DNA from: Chiloscyllium plagiosum
Lineage: Eukaryota
Length of the DNA: 64,000 nucleotides
Direction: 5' to 3'
Assembly (NCBI RefSeq): GCF_004010195.1
Contig: NC_057746.1
Coordinates: 2,196,777 to 2,260,776 of the forward strand
Shown here: positions 1 through 12,099 of the stretch, piece by piece
How the letters are laid out: each line of letters opens with the position of its first letter
Position numbering within the stretch: the stretch's first letter is position 1
The notes under the pieces: model-generated
Told to the model about the DNA's origin: nothing
What the model saw: the letters and a program-made list of their open reading frames with translations, nothing else
Database searches by the model: none
Program-made: the position numbers and the translations under genes

Positions 1-431
1 GGTCAGTTTCCCAAATTTCAGGAAACTCATGTTGCTCCAGAAATATTTGGATTGACTGTGAGAGACGTCAATCAGAGAGCCCACCCACTCTGCCCATTGT
101 CTCCTTTTCCTCTTCCAGAGCTGGTTCACTTCCTATAGGGACTGAAAACCAAGTGAGGAGATGGTGAGTGAAGGAGCAGCTTTTATACAAATTGTATCCC
201 ATAATATCCACACCAATCTTCAGGCAGTCTGACTATCCTGTGGGCAGTCAGGGGTGGAAATGTCCCTTATGCTGTGTGAGAAGATCCAGCTGAGAGAGCT
301 GTTTACTCGGTGCTTTGTGCTGAACTGTGTGACTGGAGCTGTGTGTTGGATATTGAGTGTGTTTATTGGAAGCATTTCCCTCTGATTTCCAGACTGAGTT
401 TTGTTGATGGCTCATTCCTGAATATGGGAAG
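1..431 (+). repeat. ZNF 5' cassette, copy 1: putative micro-exons 119-163 (45 nt) and 393-431 (39 nt)
   Basis: Pyrimidine tract+CAG before 119 and 393; GTGAG donors at 164 and 432. Same block recurs upstream of every ZNF ORF in gene orientation. Confidence 0.7.
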
Positions 432-659
432 GTGAGGTGTAATTATCTGGGAGGTGCAGAGTGTCTGAGGATTCTTACTGATTTCCTATTGTTGAATTCT
501 GTATGTGTTGGGAGCTGGTTATTATCCTGAGTTTTGTTGATGGCTCATTCCTGAATATGGGAAGGTGAGGTGTAATTATCTGGGAGGTGCAGAGTGTCTG
601 AGGATTCTTACTGATTTCCTATTGTTGAATTCTGTATGTGTTGGGAGCTGGTTATTATC
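394..659. repeat. Exact 133-bp tandem duplication
   Basis: 394-526 is repeated at 527-659 with CTG microhomology; absent from the other cassette copies. Confidence 0.9.
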
Positions 660-961
660 CTGTGAACTGGAATTAATTCAGTTCCTCTGAGGGAATGTTG
701 CCCTGTCAGAGGGGAGCTACTGAGAGAATGTTGCCTTTTTGGCAGACTGTACACAAGAACAGGAATCAGCCATTTAATGTCTCAAGTATGTCCTACATTC
801 ACTGGGATCACAGCGCATCTGTAAAAGGACCTTAGATACTTGCTGTTTCCCCAAATCCCCTCAAACCTTCAGTGAACAGAAATCTAAGATTTAATATTAC
901 CAATCAATTTAGCGTTTATTGTCAAATTGCCTGGTTCCAAGCTTCTCCCACTCTTTGTGTG

Positions 962-2025
962 CCAGTGTTTTCCAGGGTGGGGTTTTGCAGGTCCACCTGG
1001 AGGTATGAGAAGGCCGATTTCCAGTTTCCTGACACCAGGTTAAACATTTGCTGCTTTCTCATTAGGGTCAGATTTTGTAACTGCTATCTTGGGGACCAGT
1101 TTGACATTTATTAACATGTCATGAATACTCCTTAGTTCCCCAGGACAGTGGGATTTTTGGCTGATCTTTTCAGAAGCCTGGCGACACAAAGGAGGTACAT
1201 ATCCAGTGGCGGAGAATGCATCCTCCAGGCTCTGGTGGCTACACCTTCACATATGCGGTTCCTTCAGAAGCAAGCTGGATGTTAATGCGAAGTCTCGGTG
1301 TCACAGTTGAAGTATCTATGTGTTGGTCAGCCTTGTGACAATTCTGTCACTTATAGTCTGGCTTGTTGTTGTCAAACGGTATTTACTATAAAGACTGCCA
1401 GGGCCTTCCTGATGCCTTGGGGACAGGCAAGTGGGGCTGACCACAAACAGCCATCCTTTCCCCATGCAATAGTTTGTTCAGAAACTATCAGGGGTGTACG
1501 TTCTCCTATTTGTAATGAAAGGTCAGTGACCTCTTATGTTTTTAAGTGCGAACCTTCATGTTTGAAGTGTGAAAAGTGTTGAAGTGTGAAGTTTAAAGGT
1601 AGATTTGCGAGGGGCAGTACCATTGTGGTGCCAGGAGCGTTCCATTGCTAACTACACGGACAGCACACAAGGTATCTGATGGAGGTGCCAGACACAAACC
1701 TCCTGTGTCAGTTCTCTGCACTGACAATCTAACAAATGCTAACTCGCTTTTATAGGGCCATGAAGTATTGAGTAGGCAAGAGCATGTATCCTCGCGGAGT
1801 GTAGCAGTTGATTTGTCCTCGTGCGGCACTGGAGCTGCAGCCACCCATATCCAGACTCTGAATGGCCTCTCATTGCCATCCACAGTGAAAGGAACTCCTC
1901 GTCTCTTATGGACAGCCTTCAGGAAGACCACGTTTTTGCCCTCTCTCAGTTGCCTTCAGGGACTGTTAGGGCTGATGAGCAGAGAGACAGAGAGAGGTAG
2001 GAGCCATCAGTGTGTATTTTAAACA
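962..2025 (-). mobile_element. Possible decayed Harbinger-like DNA transposon (Myb/SANT-like ORF relic)
   Basis: Minus ORF VFLKAVHKRRGVPFTVDGNERPFRVWIWVAA resembles, from memory, Harbinger Myb/SANT proteins (LLEAVxxRREVLFPxDGxxRP..W.EVA). TIRs not resolved. Confidence 0.3.
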
Positions 2026-2309
2026 GGGCCCAGAAAGTCCTCATGAGGCAGACCTTCCTTAAGCCGACTGTTACAATTTAACATTTATCTGTTTCTGAAC
2101 ATTGGGCAAAGCAGATGTTAGATATGTGGGGTAACCAAGCCTAGCCCAATCAGAGGGCCCTTCCACTGTTCAGCCTGTTTCTCTACTTAATCACAGAATT
2201 GAAAATTCCCTTCCACATTTCATTCCTGATTGGTCTGTCTCTAAGTTTTAGACATTGTTCTTGTCCTAGACTTCTCAACCACTGAAAATAATTTCAGCAC
2301 TGTCTTCAT

Positions 2310-4475
2310 CACCCTCTCCCAGTGACCAGCGCTGTCTGCACCGCCCTCTCCCTATGACCTGCGCTGTCTGCACCGCCCTCTCCCTATGACCTGCGCTGTC
2401 TGCACCGCCCACTCCCAGTGATCAGCGCTGTCTGCAGTGCCGTCTCCCAGTGACCAGCGCTGACTGCAGTGCCGTCTCCCAGTGACCAGCGCTGTCTGCA
2501 CCGCGCTCTCCCAGTGACCAGCGCTGTCTGCACCGCCCTCTCTCAGTGACCAGCGCTGTCTGCACCGCCCTCTCCCAGTGACCAGCGCTGTCTGCACTGC
2601 CCTCTCTTAGTGACCAGCGCTGTCTGCACCGCCCTCTCCCAGTGACCAGTGCTGTCTGCACCGCCCTCTCCCAGTGACCAGTGCTGTCTGCACCGCCCTC
2701 TCCCAGTGACCAGCGCTGTCTGCACCGCCCTCTCCCTGTGACCAGTGCTGTCTGCACCGCCCTCTCCCAGTGACCAGTGCTGTCTGCACCGCCCTCTCCC
2801 AGTGACCAGTGCTGTCTGCACCGCCCTCTCCCAGTGACCAGTGCTGTCTGCACCGCCCTCTCCCAGTGACCAGTGCTGTCTGCACCGCCCTCTCCCAGTG
2901 ACCAGTGCTGTCTGCACCGCCCTCTCCCAGTGACCAGTGCTGTCTGCACCGCCCTCTCCCAGTGACCAGTGCTGTCTGCACCGCCCTCTCCCAGTGACCA
3001 GTGCTGTCTGCACCGCCCTCTCCCAGTGACCAGCGCTGTCTGCACCGCCCTCTCCCTGTGACCAGTGCTGTCTGCACCGCCCTCTCCCAGTGACCAGTGC
3101 TGTCTGCACCGCCCTCTCCCAGTGACCAGTGCTGTCTGCACCGCCCTCTCCCAGTGACCAGTGCTGTCTGCACCGCCCTCTCCCAGTGACCAGTGCTGTC
3201 TGCACCGCCCTCTCTCTGTGACCAGCGCTGTCTGCACCGCCCTCTCCTAGTGACCAGCGCTGTCTGCACCGCCCTCTCCTAGTGACCAGCGCTGTCTGTA
3301 CCGCCCTCTCCTAGTGACCAGCGCTGTCTGCACCGCCCTCTCCCAGTGACCAGCGCTGTCTGCACTGCCCTCTCCTAGTGACCAGCGCTGTCTGCACCGC
3401 CCTCTCCCAGTGACCAGCGCTGTCTGCACTGCCCTCTCCTAGTGACCAGCGCTGTCTGCACCGCCCTCTCCCTGTGACCAGTGCTGTCTGCACCGCCCTC
3501 TCCCAGTGACCAGCGCTGTCTGCACCGCCCTCTCCCAGTTATCAGGGCTGTCTGCACCGCCCTCTCCCAGTGACCAGCGCTGTCTGCACCGCCCTCTCCC
3601 AGTGACCAGCGCTGTCTGCACCGCCCTCTCCTAGTGACCAGCGCTGTCTGCACCGCCCTCTCCCAGTGACCAGCGCTGTCTGCACTGCCCTCTCCTAGTG
3701 ACCAGCGCTGTCTGCACCGCCCTCTCCCTGTGATCAGTGCTGTCTGCACTGCCCTCTCCTAGTGACCAGCGCTGTCTGCACTGCCCTCTCCCAGTGACCA
3801 GCGCTGTCTGCACCATCCTCTCCCAGTGACCAGCACTGTCTTTACTGCCCTCTCCCAGTGACCAGCGCTGTCTGCACCGCCCTCTCCCAGTGACCAGCGC
3901 TGTCTGCACCGCGCTCTCCCAGTGACCAGCGCTGTCTGCACTGCCCTCTCCCAGTGACCAGCGCTGTCTGCACTGCCCTCTCCCAGTGACCAGCGCTGTC
4001 TGCACTGCCCTCTCCCAGTGACCAGCGCTGTCTGCACTGCCCTCTCCCAGTGACCAGCGCTGTCTGCACTGCCCTCTCCCAGTGACCAGCGCTGTCTGCA
4101 CTGCCCTCTCCCAGTGACCAGCGCTGTCTGCACTGCCCTCTCCCAGTGACCAGCGCTGTCTGCACTGCCCTCTCCCAGTGACCAGCGCTGTCTGCACTGC
4201 CCTCTCCCAGTGACCAGCGCTGTCTGCACTGCCCTCTCCCAGTGACCAGCGCTGTCTGCACTGCCCTCTCCCAGTGACCAGCGCTGTCTGCACTGCCCTC
4301 TCCCAGTGACCAGCGCTGTCTGCACTGCCCTCTCCCAGTGACCAGCGCTGTCTGCACTGCCCTCTCCCAGTGACCAGCGCTGTCTGCACTGCCCTCTCCC
4401 AGTGACCAGCGCTGTCTGCACTGCCCTCTCCCAGTGACCAGTGCTGTCTGCACCGCCCTCTCCCAGTGACCAGCA
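2310..4475. repeat. 32-bp GC-rich minisatellite, ~67 units (CCAGTGACCAGCGCTGTCTGCACCGCCCTCTC)
   Basis: Direct reading; degenerate units extend to about 4560. Confidence 0.97.
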
Positions 4476-4629
4476 ATTGTCTATACCTCTCTATCCCAGT
4501 GATCACTGTTGTCTACGCTACAATCTCCATTTCCTGGTGACCAGCACCTTCTGCACCTCTAGTCTTCCCCTCCATCCCTCACCTGGACTAGCCATACAAA
4601 AACAGTGGCTACAAGAGCAGGTCAGAGAC

Positions 4630-4855
4630 ATAGAACATAGAACATAGAAGAATACAGCGCAGTACAGCCCTTCGGCCCTCGATCCAAGCCCACCTAACCT
4701 ACACTAGCCAACTATCCTCCATATGCCTATCCAATGCCCGCTTAAATGCCCATAAAGAGGGAGAGTCCACCACTGCTACTGGCAGGGCATTCCATGAACT
4801 CACGACTCGCTGAGTAAAGAACCTACCCCTAACATCTGTCCTATACCTACCCCCC
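4630..4855 (-). mobile_element. CR1/HER1-type LINE 3' fragment nested in an older LINE
   Basis: RTDVRGRFFTQRVVSSWNALP motif on the minus strand; (ATAGAAC)n tail. Confidence 0.85.
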
Positions 4856-5380
4856 TGGAATCCTTCAGCAAATAACTCACCTCCTGACTCCCCAAAGCCT
4901 GTCCACAAGGCATTAGTCAGGAGTGTGATGGAATACTCCCACTTGCCTGGATGAGTACAGCCCCACCAACACGCAAGAAGCTTGACAACATCCAAGACCA
5001 AGCATCTACTTGATTGGCACCACATGCACAAACATCCACTCTCTCCACCACCGACACTCAGTAATAGCAGTGTGTACTATCTACAAGATGCACTGCAGAA
5101 ATTCATCAAACATTCTTAGATAGCACCTTTGAAAGCCACGACTACTTCCATCTAGAAGGACAAAGTCAATAGATATATGAGAACACCACCACCACCTGTA
5201 AGTTCCTCTCCAAGCCACTCACCATCCTGACTTGGAAATATATCTCCATTCCTTCACTGTCACTGTGACAAAATTCTGGAGTTCTCTCCCTCACTCCACA
5301 AATTGCACTGGCTTAAGAGGATAGTTCACCACCATCCCTCCAGGGTAATAAATGTTGGTTCAGCCAGTACTACCCATCAC
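4856..5380 (+). mobile_element. CR1/L2-related LINE RT C-terminal fragment (left part 4583-4629)
   Basis: VRSVMEYSHLPG/KKLDNIQD-like relic; same family as 62270-64000. Confidence 0.75.
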
Positions 5381-5864
5381 CTCCTGTTATAGTTTAAGGA
5401 AGTAAATACAGGGGTCCATCCTTTCAGCAAATTAGGAGAGAGAGTTGATGGAAATCATGTGTCCCTTTCCTATTTTACAGAAGGATTGTACTGTACTAGA
5501 CCAGCGAAGGATAGACATCAAAGATGGAACCTGCCCATCCCCCAAGGAAATGTTGCAATCAGCCAGTCCCTTCACAGCATTGCTGAACACACAGAAGGTT
5601 GGGTGAAACCATCATTTGGAAATTGGTCGAGTCAGGGGAGCTTTGACACATCATCAAATCTTAAACTAGTCAGTGGTGTGGGCCTTCCATCAGAACCAAT
5701 CTTTCTGAAGGTTCGGCTGTGGGTGATGGGTCAGGGTGAGTGGCTCCAAGTGTGGTGAGAGTTTCAATCATTCACCGAGGCTCGTGAACAATTGACTCAT
5801 TCCTGCAGAGGAGAGGCTGCTTACAGTGCATCTGTTGTAGATCTGTTAACATAAGAGTAGCTTC

Positions 5865-7136
5865 ATGGAAGAGAATCCCTTCAAGTGTGAAGTCTGCAAC
5901 CGAACCTTTGCACGGCCATCAACACTTGTGAATCACCGACGCATTCACACTGGGGAGAAGCCGTTTAAGTGTGAGCTGTGCAACCGAGCCTTTGCACAGT
6001 CATCAACACTTGTGAATCACCGACGTATTCACACTGGGGAGAAACCATTCAAATGTGAGGTGTGCAACCAAACATTTGCAAAGTCATCCACACTAGTGAA
6101 TCACCGACGCATCCATACTGGTGAGAGGCCATTTTCATGTGATTTCTGTAACAAAACATTCTCGCAGCCATCAAACCTCCGTGTACACCAACACATTCAT
6201 ACAAAAGAGAAACTATTTACATGCGATGTATGTGATAAATCATTTTCAATGTTAGCGAATCTCCGTGTGCACCAACGCATTCACACCGGGGAGAAACCAT
6301 TCACGTGTAAAATATGCATCAAATCATTTTTGAACTCAGTACATCTCCGCGTACACCAACGTACACACACAGGGGAGAAACCATTCACGTGCAAGGTATG
6401 TGAGAAATCATTCTCCCAGTCATCAAGCCTTTGTGTACATCAACGTATTCACACAGGAGAGAAACCATTTACATGTGAGGTGTGTGACAAATCATTCTCA
6501 CAGTCGTCACACTTCCTCGTGCACCAACGCATTCACACAGGGGAGAAGCCATTCACATGTCAGATATGCAGCAAATCATTCTGTGACTCATCAAAACTCC
6601 TGCTCCATCAGAGGATTCACACAGGGGAGAAACCATTCACATGTGATGTATGCAACAAATCATTCTCAGATTCATCAACTCTCCGCAAACACCAACGCAC
6701 TCACACAGGGGAGAAACCATTCAAATGCGAAGTTTGCAACAAATCATTCTCGAGGTCATCAAAGCTCCTGGTTCATCTGAGAATCCACACAGGGGAGAAA
6801 CCCTTCACATGTGAGGTTTGTGAGAAATCATTTTCAGAGTCATCAAAACTCCTGCTGCATCAGAGGATTCACACAGGGGAGAAACCATTCAGGTGTGAGG
6901 CTTGTGACAAATCGTTCTCCCAGTCATCGATCCTCCGTGTTCACCAACGTATCCACACAGGGGAGAGACCATTTACATGTGAGATATGTGACAAATCTTT
7001 CTCACAGTCCTCAACCCTGTACACACACCAGTGCATCCACACGGGGGAGAAACCATTCGCGTGTGAGGTGTGTGACAAATCATTCTCACGGTCATCGAAC
7101 CTCCTGCTCCATCAGAGGATCCACACAGGGAAGTAA
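5865..7136 (+). CDS. C2H2 zinc-finger protein A, 15 tandem fingers, no effector domain seen
   Basis: 423-aa ORF of CxxC-x12-HxxxH units with TGEKPF linkers; acceptor TTTTACAG at 5473-5480. Confidence 0.93.
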   Translation: MEENPFKCEVCNRTFARPSTLVNHRRIHTGEKPFKCELCNRAFAQSSTLVNHRRIHTGEKPFKCEVCNQTFAKSSTLVNHRRIHTGERPFSCDFCNKTFSQPSNLRVHQHIHTKEKLFTCDVCDKSFSMLANLRVHQRIHTGEKPFTCKICIKSFLNSVHLRVHQRTHTGEKPFTCKVCEKSFSQSSSLCVHQRIHTGEKPFTCEVCDKSFSQSSHFLVHQRIHTGEKPFTCQICSKSFCDSSKLLLHQRIHTGEKPFTCDVCNKSFSDSSTLRKHQRTHTGEKPFKCEVCNKSFSRSSKLLVHLRIHTGEKPFTCEVCEKSFSESSKLLLHQRIHTGEKPFRCEACDKSFSQSSILRVHQRIHTGERPFTCEICDKSFSQSSTLYTHQCIHTGEKPFACEVCDKSFSRSSNLLLHQRIHTGK

Positions 7137-7380
7137 CTCTTTAACTGTGAGGTTTGTGATGAACCTTTTGTCATGTCTTTGACTATCTGGGTCGCCACAG
7201 GATTCAGATACAGGAAGAACACTCTTCAGTTGCAACATTTCTGACAAGGTTTTCACAGTCAGTGGATGTTGTAGCCAATCAATACACTCAAAGAGGGATG
7301 AAGCTCTATCCGTGTGAGTTCTGTATTACATACTTGACACAGTTGTTGGACCTCATAATACATCAGTGAACTCATATGAG
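7137..7380 (+). pseudogene. Degenerate zinc fingers after the stop of gene A
   Basis: FNCEVCDEPF, FSCNISDKVF and YPCEFC relics with stops and frameshifts. Confidence 0.75.
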
Positions 7381-7700
7381 GACTGCCTGACAAAGTTCTT
7401 CACTGTCTGTCCTCAGAGTGTTTACCTGTACACAGTCTCACTGTGCAGGGTGTTCAGTGGGACTGGGACACAGAACAAGAAGCAGCTTTCACTCCCATCA
7501 AACAACTAGTGATGACATCATCAGTGCTGAGGGATTATGATGTAACAATGGAGTCACCCTGCAGTGTGATGTCAGTGAAACAGGACTTGGACTAACCCCC
7601 AGGCAGTGAGGGCAACCCGCTGTGTTTGTATCCAGAGGGTTTACACAAACTGAACAACACTGTGTACAGATTGAGAAACAGAGACTGGATACTGTTTTTG
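7381..7700 (+). mobile_element. Gypsy pol (RT thumb/RNase H) relic
   Basis: VQWDWDTEQEAAF..VLRDYDV..VTLQCDVSETGLG..QPAVFVSRGFTQTEQ..QIEK; homologous to 59660-59930. Confidence 0.85.
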
Positions 7701-7893
7701 CTTCTGAAGGAAGTTGACAATTGCTGAAAAAGAATACTTGTTTTAAAGCTACCCATCTTGAACCCATCACGATAATTTGCAAGATATTCAAAACAGAAAA
7801 AACATTTATATTGTATGATAAAAGAGTAGTGATTGGCAGAGAATTGTCATGAAGAATACACCGGCTAATGACTGACGGTTAATTGCAGAGCTT

Positions 7894-8377
7894 TTGTTAG
7901 AAATGAAAATCGCTTCTCAATAATCGCTCTAGACAAATTCAGGAAAACAAAGTTTTATTAACAAGTCAAGTCTGCAGAGTTGGGCACCCTTGAAGAAAAG
8001 GCGCGCTGAGGCTTCCAAAGTCTCCCATTATATACAGTACAAGTCCCTCCTCTCCTTGGCTCTAACAAGCCATGAGGTTCACATTCTTAAAAACATCATT
8101 ATTTTTATCACAAAGTCTGCAACAAAAGGCTCCAGAGTCTCCAAAGTTTGTTGTTTTTCTCACCCTGTAGTCTTATCAGTCAAAGGCTTTAATCTGAAAC
8201 AGATGTCTCTCAAGTCGTTCCCCCATCCTGGAGTCTTATCAGTCAAGGACTCATCCTTCCCTGCCTGTGTTAATGGTTTCATCAATCAAGGGCCTGTTTG
8301 TTTTTACTCTGCTCACAAATTGTCAGCATTCTGCACAATTTAAACTATTCTACTTTTGAGTATATAAAATGTTCTAG
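7894..8377 (-). mobile_element. Probable solo LTR
   Basis: TG start; AATAAA and TATA-like motifs in LTR order on the minus strand; internal short direct repeats. Right end uncertain. Confidence 0.45.
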
Positions 8378-8857
8378 AAAAGAAACAAAAGTTTTGTCTT
8401 TTATTATAGACCAGTCCGTGGTCCAGGCACATCTTAAAGTTTAAACCGAAATTACCTCTCACAGCTTTGTTTATATTTTAAATCAGGCAGACTGATTCTG
8501 GTGGGTCAAGGCATTGTCCTGAGAAAATTAGGTGTGGCTAACAGCAGCTCTTTGATAATGTGCAGACACCAGATGAATAACCAACAACTTGCACATCTAC
8601 CAGAAGAAGAGTTGAACACTTCAGAGATTAAATACGCAACGTGTGTGTGGGACAGAAACAATTGTAACAGACGAGAGAGAACAAGTAGTGTTTTTTGCAA
8701 TATTTTGGCTTGCTATACTATTGTGACCTCTGATGTCATTAGATTTCAATACAGGTCTCAGGGCAGTAGACATTTTACACACCATATGGAAAGCTGTTTA
8801 AAATGACAAAGGCTCCAACTACTTCTGAAAAGCAGATCAAGGTTTAAACTTGGTTTT

Positions 8858-9057
8858 GTCTCATCTGAATAAAATCTCACTTATTGCAGCTGCTGTCTCA
8901 GTTTCCCTGGTAAATGTTTGACAGAGATTTCCAGTGTGGAAAAAGCATTCTTCATCTTTGGAGTGTTTCAAACTGACAGCATCAGTGTGGGATGTGTATC
9001 CTTGGATGTGTTTGACAGAAGATCAGCAAAGGAAGACCCATAGCATCCAAGGCAGTG
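8858..9057 (-). pseudogene. Orphan copy of the upstream exon of the ZNF cassette
   Basis: Homologous to 38850-39050 and (reverse) 54850-55237; ends GCAATAA|GTGAG. No minus-strand ZNF follows it. Confidence 0.75.
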
Positions 9058-9787
9058 GATAGGATGGTTACAAGAACAGGAGGGAGGGGGGCATGAGCAA
9101 TTATTTCTCCTCCTCCTCTTACACCTTCTTATCTATCCCTTTTCAAAACCCTTCCTTCTTTCTCTCTCTGATCTTTCCACCTGTTTCCTATGCTTACCTT
9201 TCAGTCCCTTCCTCCATCGCTCCTCTGATATTATAAAGGTGAGAGGGATAGACAGTATGTGTGGCATTTTAAACTCGTATCGTAAAGGGAAAAAATTAGG
9301 AACTCTCTGCAGCATTATTGAGGTAATAATATCGTTATGGCTATATTAAAGTATTTTAACTATTTCTCCTGTTTATGTAATATAACAGAAATAAACAGAA
9401 CATCCAAAAACCAAATGTAATTTGAGGAGCCACCTCAAAACAGGGGCAGTCAACAGAAACTCACCACTCTCATTATTCCCATTCGGGCCTGTGGTCATTT
9501 CTGTGGTTCCTAGCTGATGTTTCATAAACGTGTTAAAGATTACAATAATGTAATTTACGTTTGTCAAAATGTACATCTGAAACTCCTGACATGATCAATT
9601 TCAGGCCATGTATGTTGATAAAGCTAATAGAGGCTGTGTAAACTTTAACATGCAACTGATGTGCTTGTGGCTATTGCATATTTGCAAAAGAATTTTACAA
9701 ACCAAGTGGTCAAAACAAAACTCTGTGAGACCAATGGCAGCAGTTTTATTTAAGGTTGGTACATTGTGATCTCAGACGCTTCATGTG

Positions 9788-10138
9788 TAGATTAGATTAG
9801 ATTACTTTTTAGATTAGATTAGATTAGATTACTTACAGTGTGGAAACAGGCCCTTCGGCCCAACAAGTCCACACCGACCCGCCGAAGCGCAACCCACCCA
9901 TACCCCTACATTTACCCCTTTAACCTAACACTACGGGCAATTTAGCATGGCCAATTCACCTGACCCGCACATTTTTTTTTTTGGATTGTGGGAGGAAACT
10001 GGAGCACCCAGAGGAAACCCACGCAGACACGGGGAGAATGTGCAAACTCCACACAGTCAGTCGCCTGAGTCGGGAATTGAACCCGGGTCTCTGGCGCGGT
10101 GAGGCAGCAGTGCTAACCACTGTGCCACCGTGCCGCCC
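9788..10138 (-). mobile_element. HE1/V-SINE-like tRNA-derived SINE
   Basis: GGGCGGCACGGTGGCACAGTGGTTAGCACTGCTGCCTC head with A/B boxes, central TGTGTGGAGTTTGCAC domain, (AATCT)n tail. Confidence 0.9.
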
Positions 10139-11331
10139 ACAAGATATCTACAAGATAATTTTTTAAGACTTTAGATATATTTTAACCCCCTCTATAGTTT
10201 ATAGTCTGTGTAATTCTTGGTCATTATAATTAGTGCGCTAATTTTTTTTTTAGTGCTTTAATCTGGTTTTTGTATTTAGATATCAATGATTGACAGCTAT
10301 CTAGAATCCCATGGGTGGGAAATGGACAAAAGGGTGGTTGAAGAGAGGAAGGCAGCAATGAAAAAAATCTACAATGGACATCCTTGTGATCTCCATTTAG
10401 TGGACAAGAGTCAAAAGGTGTGTTTTTCTTCTCCTAACAACTGCAAGAACTTATTATTTTCCAACTGAGCCTGACAAGCTGAGACCTGAGAGTATTTACT
10501 TTTAAGAAGGCCTTGGATAATAAATGCCCAAGTTGTTTGTTCCAACTAAAGATAGAACTCTGATGAATCTACACAAACTGGTTTAATATGGGAGAAAGCT
10601 ACAAGCTAGGCAGGGGCAAAAGTGAACATATTTGCTTGACAACAACTGCAGATCAGAGGGGATTGGATAATTATTTGTACCAGTATTTCTGACATCCCAA
10701 AAGAAATATCAGCATCACAAGGGGAAGATATATTTTCTTGGAGAAACTACATTATATATCAGATTAAAAACATCGATACATGACACACTTGTTTTGCATT
10801 GTTGTGTAACCAGAGGAAGACCAGAGTCTAGAAGTGGACAGTCCAAGTAAAAGATGAGGTGTCTACAATTTCTTCAATTTTGTACAATGTGGCTGTGTTG
10901 AATAACTGGTGGTCAGGAGCAAGGACTGTTTGTACCAGTACCTCAGAGTGGCCTGCTATCAGCTTTAATCCATATTTATAGAATAATCCAGATCGAGTTG
11001 GACTTGAACCCACAGCCTTATTCTGAGTCGGAGGGTTGTGGGTTCAAATCCGAATCCATAACTTGAGCACAAAAAGTCCCAAATGACACTCCAGTGCAAG
11101 ACTGAGAGATAGAAAAGATTAGAGATAGGGAGGAGCAAGGCCAGGGAGGGATTTGAAAGGAAGTTCAAAGTCCTCACTAAAACTAACACTGCACTTTCCT
11201 GGGAAGAGTAGACTGTTCCTCAAATTTTATTCCTGTCACACTGATTGAACAGTGTCTAAACTATGGAATTTTCCTGTGTGAATGAAAGCAGAATGGTCCA
11301 TCAGCAGCACTGATTAAAGAGAATCCCTTAA

Positions 11332-11897
11332 TGTTATGAACCAGACCAAATTCCCTCAAAATATTAAGAAGATAGCTTAGACGCTAAGCAATTTTTTCTT
11401 AATCTAAAGACAAGCGCCAGGCGTTGCATTTTGGATGCAATTCAGGTGGTCAAACTATCAGTTTTGAAGCAAAATACACTTTATTCACACTTTATAGTTA
11501 AAAGACAACAAAGGAAAGAAGAAATTGGAATACTTAAATCTATTGGAAAACCTAACAGAATAATAGATTATTGAACTCCTAAACAGTAACTGTTCGAATA
11601 TAGTAACATCCTATAAACACACCCTTGCAGCAGGAAGAGAACCCCAGCTTTTAGCTGCCTGAGAGAGAGGGAAAACAGCGTCCACATCCAGTTTCAAGAC
11701 CCCACCAACCACTACTGAAGGTTAAAACTAAAACCTCCTGGTTCTGTGGGAGCTTGACCCCGCCCATTGTATTTCTATTGTTCCAACTTAAAAATAACCC
11801 AAGGCCTCACAAGCAGTTTACTTATGCGCTTTGGAGCAACCTCTCTTTAAAAAAAAACTGGACAAGAAAAACTTTTTAAATCCATAGTATTGTCACA
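11332..11897 (-). mobile_element. Solo LTR
   Basis: TGTTATGA...TTGTCACA termini, flanks CTTAA/GTTAA, AATAAA on the minus strand. Confidence 0.6.
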
Positions 11898-12099
11898 GTT
11901 AAGATATCCATTCCAGCTGACATTAGAGACTACACCTTTCACAGCTTCAGGAACCCAGACACAAAGACAACGCTGACACCTGCAGCTCAAGTTAGTTGCT
12001 ACTTTTAATCAAAATCAAACTTTTTGGCTGCGATTTTGCAGGGGGAAAAGCATTCTGTTTATAGACTGGGAACGAAAGCCCTGAGAAACTGAATCTAGA

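Noticed and set aside
225-355. H/ACA snoRNA in the cassette intron
   Set aside because: AGAAGA H-like box and hairpins are present, but there is no terminal ACA and the pockets are unconvincing.
119-431. KRAB, SCAN or BTB exons upstream of the ZNFs
   Set aside because: No such motif is recognisable in any frame of the cassette exons.
2310-4475. CRISPR-like 32-bp periodicity (also 61873-62173)
   Set aside because: Head-to-tail units with no unique spacers; eukaryotic context.
2352-4506. Long minus-strand repetitive ORFs (QTALVTGRGRCRQ...)
   Set aside because: By-product of a stop-poor 32-bp unit; the same peptide appears in all three frames.
6400-7182. Alternate-frame ORFs over ZNF exons (RNHSHVRCVTNHS...), also in genes B-E
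   Set aside because: Shadow frames of finger codon periodicity.
9788-10138. tRNA genes at SINE heads
   Set aside because: A/B boxes are present but are followed by SINE core and tail; no complete cloverleaf.
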